Shown: in pieces, positions 33,009 to 44,089 of the stretch
Layout: each line of letters begins with the position of its first letter
Numbering within the stretch: the stretch's first letter is position 1
Source: Nannocystis bainbridge
GTDB lineage: Bacteria > Myxococcota_A > Polyangia > Nannocystales > Nannocystaceae
Length of the DNA stretch: 64,000 nt
Direction: 5' to 3'
Assembly: GCF_028368995.1 (NCBI RefSeq)
Contig: NZ_JAQNDL010000003.1
Location: 2,304,001-2,368,000 of the forward strand
Translations under genes and position numbers: made by a program
Notes under the pieces: model-generated
Told to the model about the DNA's origin: nothing
The model's database searches: none
Seen by the model: the letters and a program-made list of their open reading frames with translations, nothing else

Positions 33009-33521
33009 TCATGGCGACGCCGGCACCCGCTCCCACGCCTCGTACTTGCTCGCCGGCTCCGGCCCCGCGAACACCTGGATCGCCACCAGCGGCTCCGCCC
33101 CGTTCTCGAAGCTGACGAGCGCGCCCGGCGGCATGTAGATCGTCGTCCCCGGGCCCACCTCGTGCGATTGCCCGTCGATCATGAAAATGCCCGCGCCGCT
33201 CAGGATGTGAATGTACTCCTCGGTCGGGTCGCGGTGCTCGGGCACCTTACCCCCCGGGGCCATCTCGAGCTTGCCGATGAACGCGTTGCGGCCCCGCGCC
33301 AGCGTCCAGATCTGCGCCGCCCCGCCGCCCTTCTGCCGGTGCTCCGCCTGCGCCAGCGACGTCACCGCCGCCGGCAGCGGCGTCTCTTGCTTCGCCGCAT
33401 CCTGCTTCGCCGCGTCCTGCTTCGCCGCCGACGCCTGCGGCTCGCTCTTCGGCGCCGGCGCGCGGTCGCAGCCGATCGTCACCATCATCGCAAAGAGGAT
33501 CGAAGCGCCGCGGCGTGGCAT
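33009..33521 (-). CDS. Cupin-domain lipoprotein
   Basis: VTIGC lipobox; PEHRDPTEEYIHILSG; AAKQD x3 linker. Confidence 0.8.
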   Translation of the reverse strand: MPRRGASILFAMMVTIGCDRAPAPKSEPQASAAKQDAAKQDAAKQETPLPAAVTSLAQAEHRQKGGGAAQIWTLARGRNAFIGKLEMAPGGKVPEHRDPTEEYIHILSGAGIFMIDGQSHEVGPGTTIYMPPGALVSFENGAEPLVAIQVFAGPEPASKYEAWERVPASP

Positions 33522-33798
33522 CGCGCCGCAACGTACATCACCCCGCGCACGCCTCGCAACGCCTCTCGCCACATTTGCCGGGACTCGATACGCGCCGACG
33601 ACCTCGAGCTCGACGCGGCAGATCCAGCCACCGCGCCGTCGCTGTCGCGAGCAGACGCGGCGAGGTCCGTATTACGCCCCGTCACGCGCCCTCACTGCAC
33701 TCGAAAGTCGAACCCGAGGCTCTCTCGGCGCGACGGCGGCCCTGCGTCAGCCGGCGCACCTCGCCGCCCACGCAGTCACGCGTCACGACGCCCCCGCC

Positions 33799-36700
33799 TC
33801 ACAGCACCGGGAAGTCGAACTCGAGGTTCTCGCGGCGCGACGTCGGCGTCTGAGCGCCCTGCGTCAGCCGTCGCACCTCGCCGACCACGTAGTCGCGCAG
33901 CTCGGACACGCGGATCGTGCCGTCGCGGTCGAGGTCGGCCAGACCCGAAGTCAGCCCTTGCAGCACGCTGAACGTGAACACCCCGTTTTGCCACTGCGGC
34001 GACTCGAGCGCGAACTCGGCCCCGCTGGCCGACGAGATCACCGCCGCCCCCGAGCCGCGGCGCAGATCGGCGAACAGCTGCGCCAGCAGCTCGTGCGTGC
34101 TGTCCGGGCTCTGGATCGCCCCGCTGTAGCTGAACGAGCGGAAATCGGTCGCCAGCTTGACCTGCCCGCCGCCGCGGACCGCCCCGCCCGGCACCGGCGG
34201 CGGCGTGCGGATCGCGTCCTCGTCGACCTCGCCCGAATGGCAGGTGTCCATCATCATCAGCTTGCGCCGCGCCGGGATCCCGTCGAGCAGGCTCTCGAGC
34301 TGCTCGTACGACAGCCCGCGCTTGCCCGGCGCCTCGCGCTCGAAGTCGTGGGTCACGAAGTAATAATCGAGGTTGGTGTCGAGCATCCCGTGCCCGGCCA
34401 CGAACACCACCACCTGATCGTCGATCTTGGTGTTTTGAAGCGCCTGCCGGGCCGCCAGGATGTTCTCGCGGCGGGCCTCACCGTCGAGGATCTGCAGCAC
34501 CTCGACCTTGCCGAACCGCTTGCCGCGGGCCTTGAACAGCCCGGCGACGTCGCGCGCGTCCTTGGCCGCGTACTTGAGGTTCAGCTTCACGTCGGCGTAC
34601 TGCGACACCCCGACCGCCAGCACGTAAAGATCCGACGCGCGCGCCGACGCCGTCGACACCACCTCGACCGTGTCCTTGCGCGACTCGGTGCCGGCCGCGT
34701 TGAGCGTCGACACCTGGATCTTGTTGCGCCCCGGCAGCAGCTCGATCGCCAGCGAGCGCTCGTGGCGGCGCGAATTCTCCGGCCGCAGATCGATGCCCGC
34801 CGAGCCGTGGATCGGCACGTCGTTGACGTACACCAGCAGGCGGTCGAGCTCGAAGCGATCGTCGGTGGCCGTCAGTTGCAGTTGCAACGTCCGCTCCGGC
34901 GTGCTGACCGGCACCTCGCTCGTGATCTTCGCCGTCGGCAGGTGGTACTCCGGCCGCAGCGACGCCTCGTCGATGCGCATCTTCTTCAGGCGCTTCTTGT
35001 AGGCCTTCTCGTACAGCCCCAGCAATTCCGGCGGCGCGTAGCCGAACCGCCGCAGCACCAGGTCCGGGCGATTGAGCCGCAGGTCGAACAGCTCGACCGG
35101 CACGATCGTCTCGCCGAGCCGGAACGACACCGACTCGAACCCCTGACGCGACGCCGTGTAGTAATGATCGGGCGTCTCGATCACGTAGCCGTCGGCCCCG
35201 ATCGTCACGATCGTCGCCACCTCGGCCTTCGTCGCCAGGTCCCACACCTTGACCGTCAGGTCATAGCTCGCGGTCGCCACGAAGCGGTCGTCGTGGCTGA
35301 ACGCCACCGAGTCGACCTCCGCCCCGTGGCCCGCCAGCGTCGCCACCAGCGAGCCCGTGCGCATGTCCCACAGCCGCGCCGTGCGGTCGGCGCTGGCCGT
35401 CGCCAGCAGGTTTCCGTCGCGGCTGAAGTCGGCCCCGAGCACCGCCAGCGAGTGGCCCTTCAGGCGGTGCAGCAGCGGCATCTCGCCCGCGAGCCCGAAC
35501 ACGTGGACCGCGTTGTCGCCGAAGCTGATCTCGCTGATCGTCTGCGCCAGCATGTGCGTCCCGGCGCCGATCGCCACCTTGTCGCGCGCGTCGGACCAGG
35601 TCACCCCATTGATGCTGTCGCGGTGGGCGCAGCCGCCCTTGCCGAGCGCGAACGTCTTCGCGTCGAACTCGACGAACGTCGAGGTGTCTTTGAACACCAC
35701 GTAGATCGTCTTCGCGTCGGCCGACCACCCGAGCCCCGACACCGTCGCCATCGTCGAAAGCGTCTGGCGGCCCATGCTCTCCTGACAGCCCGCCTCGAGC
35801 CCCCCGCCCTTGCTGCTGCGCAGGCGCTTGCCCGTGGCCACCTCGTACACCGACACCACCGCGTCGCCGTGGGCGATCGCCAGCGAGTTGCCGTCGGGCG
35901 CCATCGACTGGGCCGTCGCGCCCTCGGCCGCGAACCGGCGCACCAGCGTCAGCGTGCGCGCGTCCCACATCGACACGCCGAGGCCGTCGCGCGTGATCAG
36001 GTGACGCCCGTCGCGCGAGAACTGCACGTCGTCGACCAGCCCGACCTTGGCCCACTCGAACCCGAGGAAATTCTCCTCTGCCGGATCGCGCTCGACCTTG
36101 GGCCCCGCCGGCACCGACTTCGGCGCCGCCCCGCGCCGCAGGTCGATCACCCGCAGCAGCCCGTCGAAGCCCGCCGTCGCGATCACCGGCGCGTTCGGGC
36201 TCCACGCCACGTGCAGCAGCTTCGCGTCGTTGCCGAACGCCCCGCCGACAGTGTTCCAGAACGTGCTGCGGAACGTCCGCAGCTTGGCCCCCGTGGCCCC
36301 GTCGTAGAGGTCGACCTGCATGTCGTCGATCGCCGCCGCCACGCGCCCGCCCGGCGACAGCTCCGCGCGCGCCAGCCCCGAGTCTTGCGCGGCCGCGAAC
36401 CCGCTGATGCGCCGCCCGCTGCGCGGCTCGACCCGCAGCAGCTCACGCCCGCGGTGGACCGTCAGCTCGCCATCATTCGCCCACCCGACCAGCGTGCCCG
36501 GCACCCGCGCGGCCTCGGCCCACGAGCCCGCGTCGTAGACGTGGACCGCCTCGCCGGCGTCGATCGCCACCAGCTTGCCGTCGGGGCTGAAGCGCAGACG
36601 CTTGCCGCCGGCGCCGCCCGCCGCGACCGCGATCGTGCCGAGCAGCCCGCCCGCCTCGGCGTTCCACACCTGGACCTCGTCGGTCACCGTCAGCAGCGTC

Positions 36701-37287
36701 TTGCCGTCGCGCGACCACGCCAGGTCCTTGACCTCCTGGGTGTGCATCAGCGCGTGCTTGACCGCCTTTTGCTCGAGGTCCCAGATAGCGACCACCTGGT
36801 CCTGGATCTGCGCCGCGCTGGCCAGCCGCTTGCCGTCGGGTGAAAACTCGACGCTGCCGACCCACCCGCTGTGGCCCGGCAATGTCGCCACCTCGACCCC
36901 GCTCGCCACCTCCCACACGTGAATCGCCTTGTCGAAGCCCGCGGCCGCCAGGCGCTTGCCGTCGCCGCTCCACGACAATGCATGGACCGGCCCGGTCGCG
37001 CCGGTGAGCGTGCGCCACTCCTTGCCCATGCGCACGTCGTACAGCTTGACCAGCCCGTCGACGCTGGCCACCGCCAGCCACCGGCCGTCGGGCGAGAACT
37101 TGGTGTCCCTCACCCAGTGGCTCGATCCGGCCTGCACCACCAATTCCGGCTGCGGCCCCGCCTCCACGCCCGCCGTCGCCGCCGGCTCCTCCGGCGCGCG
37201 CACCGTCGGGCGCTTGCAGCCAACCGCCCCGAGCGTCGCGCACACCAGCCCCGCGAGGCCCCAGGCCCGAATCGTCGCAGCCCTCAT
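33799..37287 (-). CDS. Lipoprotein with WD40 repeats and C-terminal caspase-like (peptidase C14) domain
   Basis: LGAVGC lipobox; many FSPDG...WD repeats; VAGHG and DTCHSG catalytic dyad; NGVFT, QTP. Confidence 0.92.
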   Translation of the reverse strand: MRAATIRAWGLAGLVCATLGAVGCKRPTVRAPEEPAATAGVEAGPQPELVVQAGSSHWVRDTKFSPDGRWLAVASVDGLVKLYDVRMGKEWRTLTGATGPVHALSWSGDGKRLAAAGFDKAIHVWEVASGVEVATLPGHSGWVGSVEFSPDGKRLASAAQIQDQVVAIWDLEQKAVKHALMHTQEVKDLAWSRDGKTLLTVTDEVQVWNAEAGGLLGTIAVAAGGAGGKRLRFSPDGKLVAIDAGEAVHVYDAGSWAEAARVPGTLVGWANDGELTVHRGRELLRVEPRSGRRISGFAAAQDSGLARAELSPGGRVAAAIDDMQVDLYDGATGAKLRTFRSTFWNTVGGAFGNDAKLLHVAWSPNAPVIATAGFDGLLRVIDLRRGAAPKSVPAGPKVERDPAEENFLGFEWAKVGLVDDVQFSRDGRHLITRDGLGVSMWDARTLTLVRRFAAEGATAQSMAPDGNSLAIAHGDAVVSVYEVATGKRLRSSKGGGLEAGCQESMGRQTLSTMATVSGLGWSADAKTIYVVFKDTSTFVEFDAKTFALGKGGCAHRDSINGVTWSDARDKVAIGAGTHMLAQTISEISFGDNAVHVFGLAGEMPLLHRLKGHSLAVLGADFSRDGNLLATASADRTARLWDMRTGSLVATLAGHGAEVDSVAFSHDDRFVATASYDLTVKVWDLATKAEVATIVTIGADGYVIETPDHYYTASRQGFESVSFRLGETIVPVELFDLRLNRPDLVLRRFGYAPPELLGLYEKAYKKRLKKMRIDEASLRPEYHLPTAKITSEVPVSTPERTLQLQLTATDDRFELDRLLVYVNDVPIHGSAGIDLRPENSRRHERSLAIELLPGRNKIQVSTLNAAGTESRKDTVEVVSTASARASDLYVLAVGVSQYADVKLNLKYAAKDARDVAGLFKARGKRFGKVEVLQILDGEARRENILAARQALQNTKIDDQVVVFVAGHGMLDTNLDYYFVTHDFEREAPGKRGLSYEQLESLLDGIPARRKLMMMDTCHSGEVDEDAIRTPPPVPGGAVRGGGQVKLATDFRSFSYSGAIQSPDSTHELLAQLFADLRRGSGAAVISSASGAEFALESPQWQNGVFTFSVLQGLTSGLADLDRDGTIRVSELRDYVVGEVRRLTQGAQTPTSRRENLEFDFPVL

Positions 37288-38669
37288 CGCGACCCCTGAA
37301 ACCCGATCTTCAGGCCCACGTGCCAGCGCCACGCCCGGCCGAACCCGCGCTCGCCGTCGATGTGCCGCTCGGCCGCCGGGAAGTCGTTGCTATAACGATA
37401 GGCCGGCAGCGTGATCCCGGCGTACGGCGCCAGCTCGAAGCCGCGGGTCACGCGAATGTGCAGCGCGAAGTCACCGCCGAAGATCCCGCCGATCCCGATC
37501 GCCCGCCCCTCCTTGACCATCGGCAGCGGCGCCGGCAAGTTCGGATCGGCCTCGCCCACCAGTGAATCGGTGCGGCCGAAGCCGAGCCCGAACCCCAGCA
37601 GTGCCATCAATGCCGGGCGTACCCGCCAGTCGGGCGGCAGCGCCAGCAGGTCGAATCCGTAGATGATCTCGACCCGCCGCACCAGCAATTCCTCGACCTT
37701 CGGCACCTGCCACACGTCGCGGTGGAACGTGAACTGCACATAGGCCCGCGGGTGCAGCAGCGCCCCGATCGAGATGTCGAACCCGTTCTTCTCCGTCAGC
37801 TTGAGGCCCGACAGCGTGTAGTCGCCGAACGCCTTGCTGTAGTTGCCGCCGACGAACACGTAGGACTTGTGCGAGCCGCCGCGCCAGTAATCCTTGATCT
37901 CCCTGGCGAGCCGCCCCTTCGATCGCTCGGGCGCGGGCTCGGGCGCCGGCTCGGGCGTCGGCGCGACCGGGACTGACTCGACCGGCGCCGACGGGGCCGG
38001 CACGGGCTCGACTGGTTGCGGCTGCGGCTGCACCGGCACCGGCGCCGCAGCGACCCCGCGCGGCTCGGCGGCCCGGATGCGCTCGACCGCCTTCTGCCCC
38101 AACGCGGCGACCATCAGCGGCGTCAAGATCTTGCGCTGCTTGGCCTCGGGCCCCTGGGCGACGAACAGCTTGACCACCACGTTGTCGACCCGGAACACGA
38201 GGTTGTACATGATGACCTCGATGCCGATGCCGTAGGTGTCGCCCTGCGCGGTGAACATCCGCGTATCGGCCCCGACCGCCGGCGGCGTGTTGACCGGCGG
38301 CAGGCCCTCGGCCAGCTCGTCCATCGCCGAGGGCATGAACCGCGCCGCCGCGTCGGCGCTGGGGAACACCCACCGCAGATCGTGGACCTGCCACATCGCC
38401 GTCGAAGCGTCCTTCGCCGTCCACAGCTTCTTCCCCCAGTGCGTGCAGCCGAACTGCGCCGCGCCCGGCTCACAGCCGGCCTTGGCCCAGTCCCCCGTCA
38501 TGTCCGACGGGCTCGCGAGATCGCCGGCCTGCAGGTACGTCGCCTGAAAGCTGCCGTCGTCGGTGCCCCACGGCGGCCCCGCGTGGGCCACCCGCGCGAA
38601 CGCCAGCGTCGCCGCCAATACACACACAGCTCGGACACCCACGCGACCCGGCGTCGACATTGCGCGCAT
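37284..38669 (-). CDS. Secreted protein with Pro-rich linker and probable C-terminal outer-membrane beta-barrel
   Basis: Signal peptide ending VAHA; alternating beta pattern ending WHVGLKIGF; ATGA overlap with the caspase gene. Confidence 0.65.
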   Translation of the reverse strand: MRAMSTPGRVGVRAVCVLAATLAFARVAHAGPPWGTDDGSFQATYLQAGDLASPSDMTGDWAKAGCEPGAAQFGCTHWGKKLWTAKDASTAMWQVHDLRWVFPSADAAARFMPSAMDELAEGLPPVNTPPAVGADTRMFTAQGDTYGIGIEVIMYNLVFRVDNVVVKLFVAQGPEAKQRKILTPLMVAALGQKAVERIRAAEPRGVAAAPVPVQPQPQPVEPVPAPSAPVESVPVAPTPEPAPEPAPERSKGRLAREIKDYWRGGSHKSYVFVGGNYSKAFGDYTLSGLKLTEKNGFDISIGALLHPRAYVQFTFHRDVWQVPKVEELLVRRVEIIYGFDLLALPPDWRVRPALMALLGFGLGFGRTDSLVGEADPNLPAPLPMVKEGRAIGIGGIFGGDFALHIRVTRGFELAPYAGITLPAYRYSNDFPAAERHIDGERGFGRAWRWHVGLKIGFQGSR

Positions 38670-38761
38670 CGTATCACTTCCTCGCTGCGGCGATATCCGC
38701 CGCGCCGGAGGGCCGCCGATCCGCGGCGGCCGAAATCACCCCAACGAAATCACCCCATCGA

Positions 38762-39739
38762 TCAGGGCGTGTGCTGGAACGCGAAGATCTGGTGGATGCT
38801 GGTCGCACCCGCCGTGTTGGCGGCCTTCATCGACACACCCGGCGCGTCGCCGGGCTGGGCCAGCCCGAACGTGCGCGCCTGGGTCCCGCCGCACGGCGTG
38901 CCCGGGTTGTACGAGAGATCGCGGGCTCCGCAGGCCAGCTCGTCGGCGTTCGTCTTCTGCTTGCCGAGCGCCGTCTCGAGCCGGGTCAGCGGCTCGACCG
39001 ACGCGACGACGTGGACCTGCTCGAGCCCGACCCCGTCGGCCTCCAGCGTGAAGAAGCCCGGCTGCGGCGGGATCCGCAGGTCCTTGCCCGCCGGCAGCGG
39101 ATTGGCCATGGGCATCTGCGGATGCGGGAACATCACGTTGATCCCGCCCGACGGCGTCTCTTGATATAGATACACGTGCGCCTGCGCGCTGGTGCGGAGC
39201 GTGAGGTACACGTTGGTGCCGGTGGCGATCGCGGCGTTCGGCGGCACCACCGAGTATTGCGACTCGCCTGGCCGTTGCGCCAGCACCCCGAATTCGAGCT
39301 GGAGGTCGACCGCCTGCTCGGCGGGCACCATCGCCACGTAGATCTGCTTCAGCGCCTTCTGATACGACTCCGCGTCGGGCGCGTGCTCGAGCACCAGCAG
39401 CAGGCTCTCGAGCTTCTCCATCCGCTCGCGCAGCGATCGCGCCTCGCCGCGGTACTCGTCCGGCGACATCGCGCCGTTCTTGTAATCCATGCACAGCGTC
39501 CGCCAGCGCGACAGATAGCGCTCGACCGCCGAGTCGACCTCGCGGACCGCCGCCACCGACGTCTCGGCCTCGGCCCCGAACTTGCCGACGTTGACGCGGC
39601 CCTCGACCTTGCGCGCGTCGTAGCGGATCTCGGTGTCGCAATCGGGGCTGCCGCTGCCGCCCGATTTTTTGCAGCTGCCCAGCGCGAAACCGAGCGCCAC
39701 TGCGACGAATGCTACTCCAACCCTCGAGCCAGCGCGCAT
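38762..39739 (-). CDS. DUF4384-domain lipoprotein
   Basis: ALGSC lipobox; HVYLYQETPSGGINVMFP...LRIP...GLEQVHVVAS. Confidence 0.7.
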   Translation of the reverse strand: MRAGSRVGVAFVAVALGFALGSCKKSGGSGSPDCDTEIRYDARKVEGRVNVGKFGAEAETSVAAVREVDSAVERYLSRWRTLCMDYKNGAMSPDEYRGEARSLRERMEKLESLLLVLEHAPDAESYQKALKQIYVAMVPAEQAVDLQLEFGVLAQRPGESQYSVVPPNAAIATGTNVYLTLRTSAQAHVYLYQETPSGGINVMFPHPQMPMANPLPAGKDLRIPPQPGFFTLEADGVGLEQVHVVASVEPLTRLETALGKQKTNADELACGARDLSYNPGTPCGGTQARTFGLAQPGDAPGVSMKAANTAGATSIHQIFAFQHTP

Positions 39740-39800
39740 GTGCGTGAGCAACCTGCCCGCACCGGCCCGGGGCTGTCAATGGTCATGTTTGACCGGGCGC

Positions 39801-40289
39801 TTATGCGGACAGTGCCCGCTCGACGGCCGCCATCACCTCGGGCGCGAGCGGCTCGACCTGCGGCTCGAAGCGGTGCGTCACGTGGCCGTCCTTGTCGACC
39901 AGGAACTTCGTGAAGTTCCACTTGATCTCGCCGCGCAGGCCCTCCGGCAGCTCCTCCGTCAGGGTGCGATACAGCGGCGACTTGTCGCCCTTGGCCTGGA
40001 CCTTCTCGAACAGCGGAAAGTTGAGCGAGAACCGCGTATCGCAGAACTGCTGGATCTCCTCCGGCGAGCCCGGCTCCTGCGCGCCGAAGTCGTTGCACGG
40101 GAACCCGAGCACCGTAAAGCCGCGATTGCGGAAGCGCTGGTGCAGCGCCTCGAGCGCTTGGTACTGCGGCGTCAGCCCGCACTGGGAGGCGGTGTTCACG
40201 ATCAGCAGCACCTGGCCGCGATAGTCGGCGAGCGAGCGGGGAGCGCCGGCGAGGGTCCGGACTTCGTGGTCGAGCGCAGGGCCTTGCAT
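39801..40289 (-). CDS. Glutathione peroxidase (Cys type)
   Basis: VNTASQCGLTPQY, LGFPCNDFGAQEPG, IKWNFTKFLV. Confidence 0.95.
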   Translation of the reverse strand: MQGPALDHEVRTLAGAPRSLADYRGQVLLIVNTASQCGLTPQYQALEALHQRFRNRGFTVLGFPCNDFGAQEPGSPEEIQQFCDTRFSLNFPLFEKVQAKGDKSPLYRTLTEELPEGLRGEIKWNFTKFLVDKDGHVTHRFEPQVEPLAPEVMAAVERALSA

Positions 40290-40370
40290 GGCCGGCACCC
40301 TACCACGCCCCTGCCTGCGCGCGCACCTCCGCCGCGTGCGCGCGGCCCGACGTGTGGCACCCTCCTGGCG

Positions 40371-41534
40371 ATGCCGGAAGTCCCAGCCCGCGTCCACAAC
40401 CTCCCGGCCGCGCGCGCCCAGTTCGGCGACCTCATCGGCCGACTCCTGCCCGCCTTCGAGCGCGCCGACCCGCTCGCCGACGCGGCCGCGGCCTGGCTCT
40501 CGACCTGTCCCGAAGGACATGCCGTCTTCGCCGCCGCGCTGACCGACCCCGGGCGCGCCCCCGAGCCCGTCGCTGCCTTGCTCGAGTCGGTCGCCGGTCT
40601 GCCCGCGTGGGTCGAGCCCGACCGGCTCGCGCGCGCCAGCCACCTGTTCTCGCGGGCGGGTGTGGTCGGCGGCTTCGTGCTCGGCCTGCGCTCGCTCGTC
40701 CTTGGCTACGCCGCCCCGGCCGGCAACAAGCCGCTGGCCTTCAGCGGTCGCCTGCGCGAGGCCGCCCCGCGGCGGCTCGCCGAGACCGCCCGCTTCGTCA
40801 CCGCCGTGTGCGAGCCTGGCGGCCTGCTGCCTGGCGGCGAGGGCCGGGCCATCGCCCTGCACGTGCGCCTCATGCACGCCCAGGTGCGGCGCCTGCTGCT
40901 CGCCACCGGTCGCTGGGACAGGGCCGCCTGGGCCGTGCCGATCAACCAGCACGACATGCTCGCCACCAGCCTCCTCTTCAGCCACACCTACCTCGACGGC
41001 CTGCGCCTGCTCGGCCTCCAGATCGGCGCTGACGAGGCCGACGACTACGTCCACCTGTGGCGCCTGGCCAGCTGGATCCTCGGCGTCGACGACGAGCTCG
41101 TGCCTGACCGCGAGCCTGCCGCGCGGCGCCTCGCCGAGTGCATCTTCCTCACCCAGGGCCCGCCTGACGCCGACTCCCGGGCCCTCACCGCGGCCCTGCT
41201 CCAGGCCCCGCTGCAGGCCGCGCGCACCCCTCGCGAGCGGAAGATCGCCGCCGCGCGCGTGCGCATCAGCGGCAGCCTTTGCCGCCACCTCGTCGGCCAC
41301 GGCGTCGCCGACGCGCTCGGCGTCCCCTCCGAGCGCCACCCCTTCTCGATCCCCTTGCTCGCCTCCGTGTTCGGCGGCCTCGACCGCCTGCGCGCCGTCC
41401 TCCCCCCGCTCGACGCCTCCGCCGTCGCCCTCGGCCGCCGCTACTGGGACCTCGTCGTCGAGGTCGGCCTCGACGGCGAGCGCCCGACCTACCCCATGCC
41501 CGAGCGCCTCGGTCGCCGCCCCACCGCCGCCTGA
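40371..41534 (+). CDS. ER-bound oxygenase MpaB / Lcp-like (DUF2236) protein
   Basis: DPLAD, RRLAETARF, VRLMHAQVR, PINQHDM. Confidence 0.85.
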   Translation: MPEVPARVHNLPAARAQFGDLIGRLLPAFERADPLADAAAAWLSTCPEGHAVFAAALTDPGRAPEPVAALLESVAGLPAWVEPDRLARASHLFSRAGVVGGFVLGLRSLVLGYAAPAGNKPLAFSGRLREAAPRRLAETARFVTAVCEPGGLLPGGEGRAIALHVRLMHAQVRRLLLATGRWDRAAWAVPINQHDMLATSLLFSHTYLDGLRLLGLQIGADEADDYVHLWRLASWILGVDDELVPDREPAARRLAECIFLTQGPPDADSRALTAALLQAPLQAARTPRERKIAAARVRISGSLCRHLVGHGVADALGVPSERHPFSIPLLASVFGGLDRLRAVLPPLDASAVALGRRYWDLVVEVGLDGERPTYPMPERLGRRPTAA

Positions 41535-41635
41535 CCCTTTTTAAAACATGTCCTTTGGGTCATTGTCATGACATGACCCGAGGGACATCCGATGCTCCCC
41601 GCCCCGACGTTCCCCGCCCGTCCCCGAGCCTCCCC

Positions 41636-43087
<1,452 letters not shown>

Positions 43088-43310
43088 ACCTGGCCGCGGG
43101 CCCGTTGCGACGATCCCTGCGACTCGCTCGCGCGGGCAAGGAGCGACGGCGAGTGCGCGCCGCATCCGGAGCGAGGTCAGCCTCGCCTCGTCCCGAGATG
43201 GCCGTCGAGTTACTTCGAGTCACGTGACTCGCCGTGACGCCGTCGCCCTAAAGGACATGTTTTAATAGACATGTCTTTCGGAGCACGCCCTTAAGAGCAT
43301 GTCCTTTAGA

Positions 43311-43970
43311 CTAGTCGCAGGCGACCGTCACCAGCGCGGCCTCGCCCTCGATCGTCGGCGCCGCCCCGCTGGTGCACACCGTCACGCTCGCCGATTCGCC
43401 GTCGACCGTCACGCTCGCATGCTCGGCCGTCAGGCGTGACGCGCCGACGTGGGCCATGTCGGACGCCGCGATCGTCACCTCCGGCCCTGCGCCGGCCAGC
43501 GTCACCCGGCTCGCGTCGCGGGCGACCACCGTCGCCGCGATCTCGGTCAGTTCGCTCGCCTCGACCAGGCTCGCCAGCTCGGCCTCGATCGCCAGCGCTC
43601 CGCTGGCCCCGAGCACGCGCACCACCGCACGGTCGGACGCGAACACCCCGACCAGCGCCGGCACCTCGAGCGTCACCGTCGGCTTCAGCGTCAGCTCCTG
43701 ACGCAGGTTGGGATCGGCCGCGATCGACAGCACCCCGTCGCCGTGGACCTCGGTGAACAGCCGCCCGAGCGCGTTTGCGTCGCCGGTCACGCGCAGCGTC
43801 ACGTCGGCCTCCGGGTCGAGCTCGGGCCGCACCGTCACCGTCACCTCGAAGTCGTCGAACACCTCGATCTGGGCCAGCGGCGGCACCGTGCGCTCCGCCT
43901 CCGCGGGGGTCCCGTCGCCCTTCAGTTCACAGCCCGCCAGCAGCGCGAGCGTCGCGATGGTCCTGCGCAC
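43311..43970 (-). CDS. GIN / DUF2807-like lipoprotein
   Basis: LALLAGC lipobox; VTGDAN..., repeated beta-strand units. Confidence 0.65.
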   Translation of the reverse strand: MRRTIATLALLAGCELKGDGTPAEAERTVPPLAQIEVFDDFEVTVTVRPELDPEADVTLRVTGDANALGRLFTEVHGDGVLSIAADPNLRQELTLKPTVTLEVPALVGVFASDRAVVRVLGASGALAIEAELASLVEASELTEIAATVVARDASRVTLAGAGPEVTIAASDMAHVGASRLTAEHASVTVDGESASVTVCTSGAAPTIEGEAALVTVACD

Positions 43971-44089
43971 GGCCGGCACCGTAGCGCGTCCCGGTGGCCC
44001 CCGGGCGCCCCTCGGGCTCGTGCGGAACCGCCCGCCGCCCGCCACAGCAGGCGTGGACGGCCTCGCGGCCCGCGTGGCAGCATCCTGCG

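Noticed and set aside
33211-36843. Very long antisense or alternate-frame ORFs (also 4355-6616, 48208-51192, 19809-22283 and others)
   Set aside because: Shadow ORFs typical of high-GC DNA, lying opposite well-supported genes; Arg/Ala/Pro-rich with no motifs.
39801-40289. Selenocysteine glutathione peroxidase
   Set aside because: The active-site codon is Cys (TASQCG); there is no in-frame TGA.
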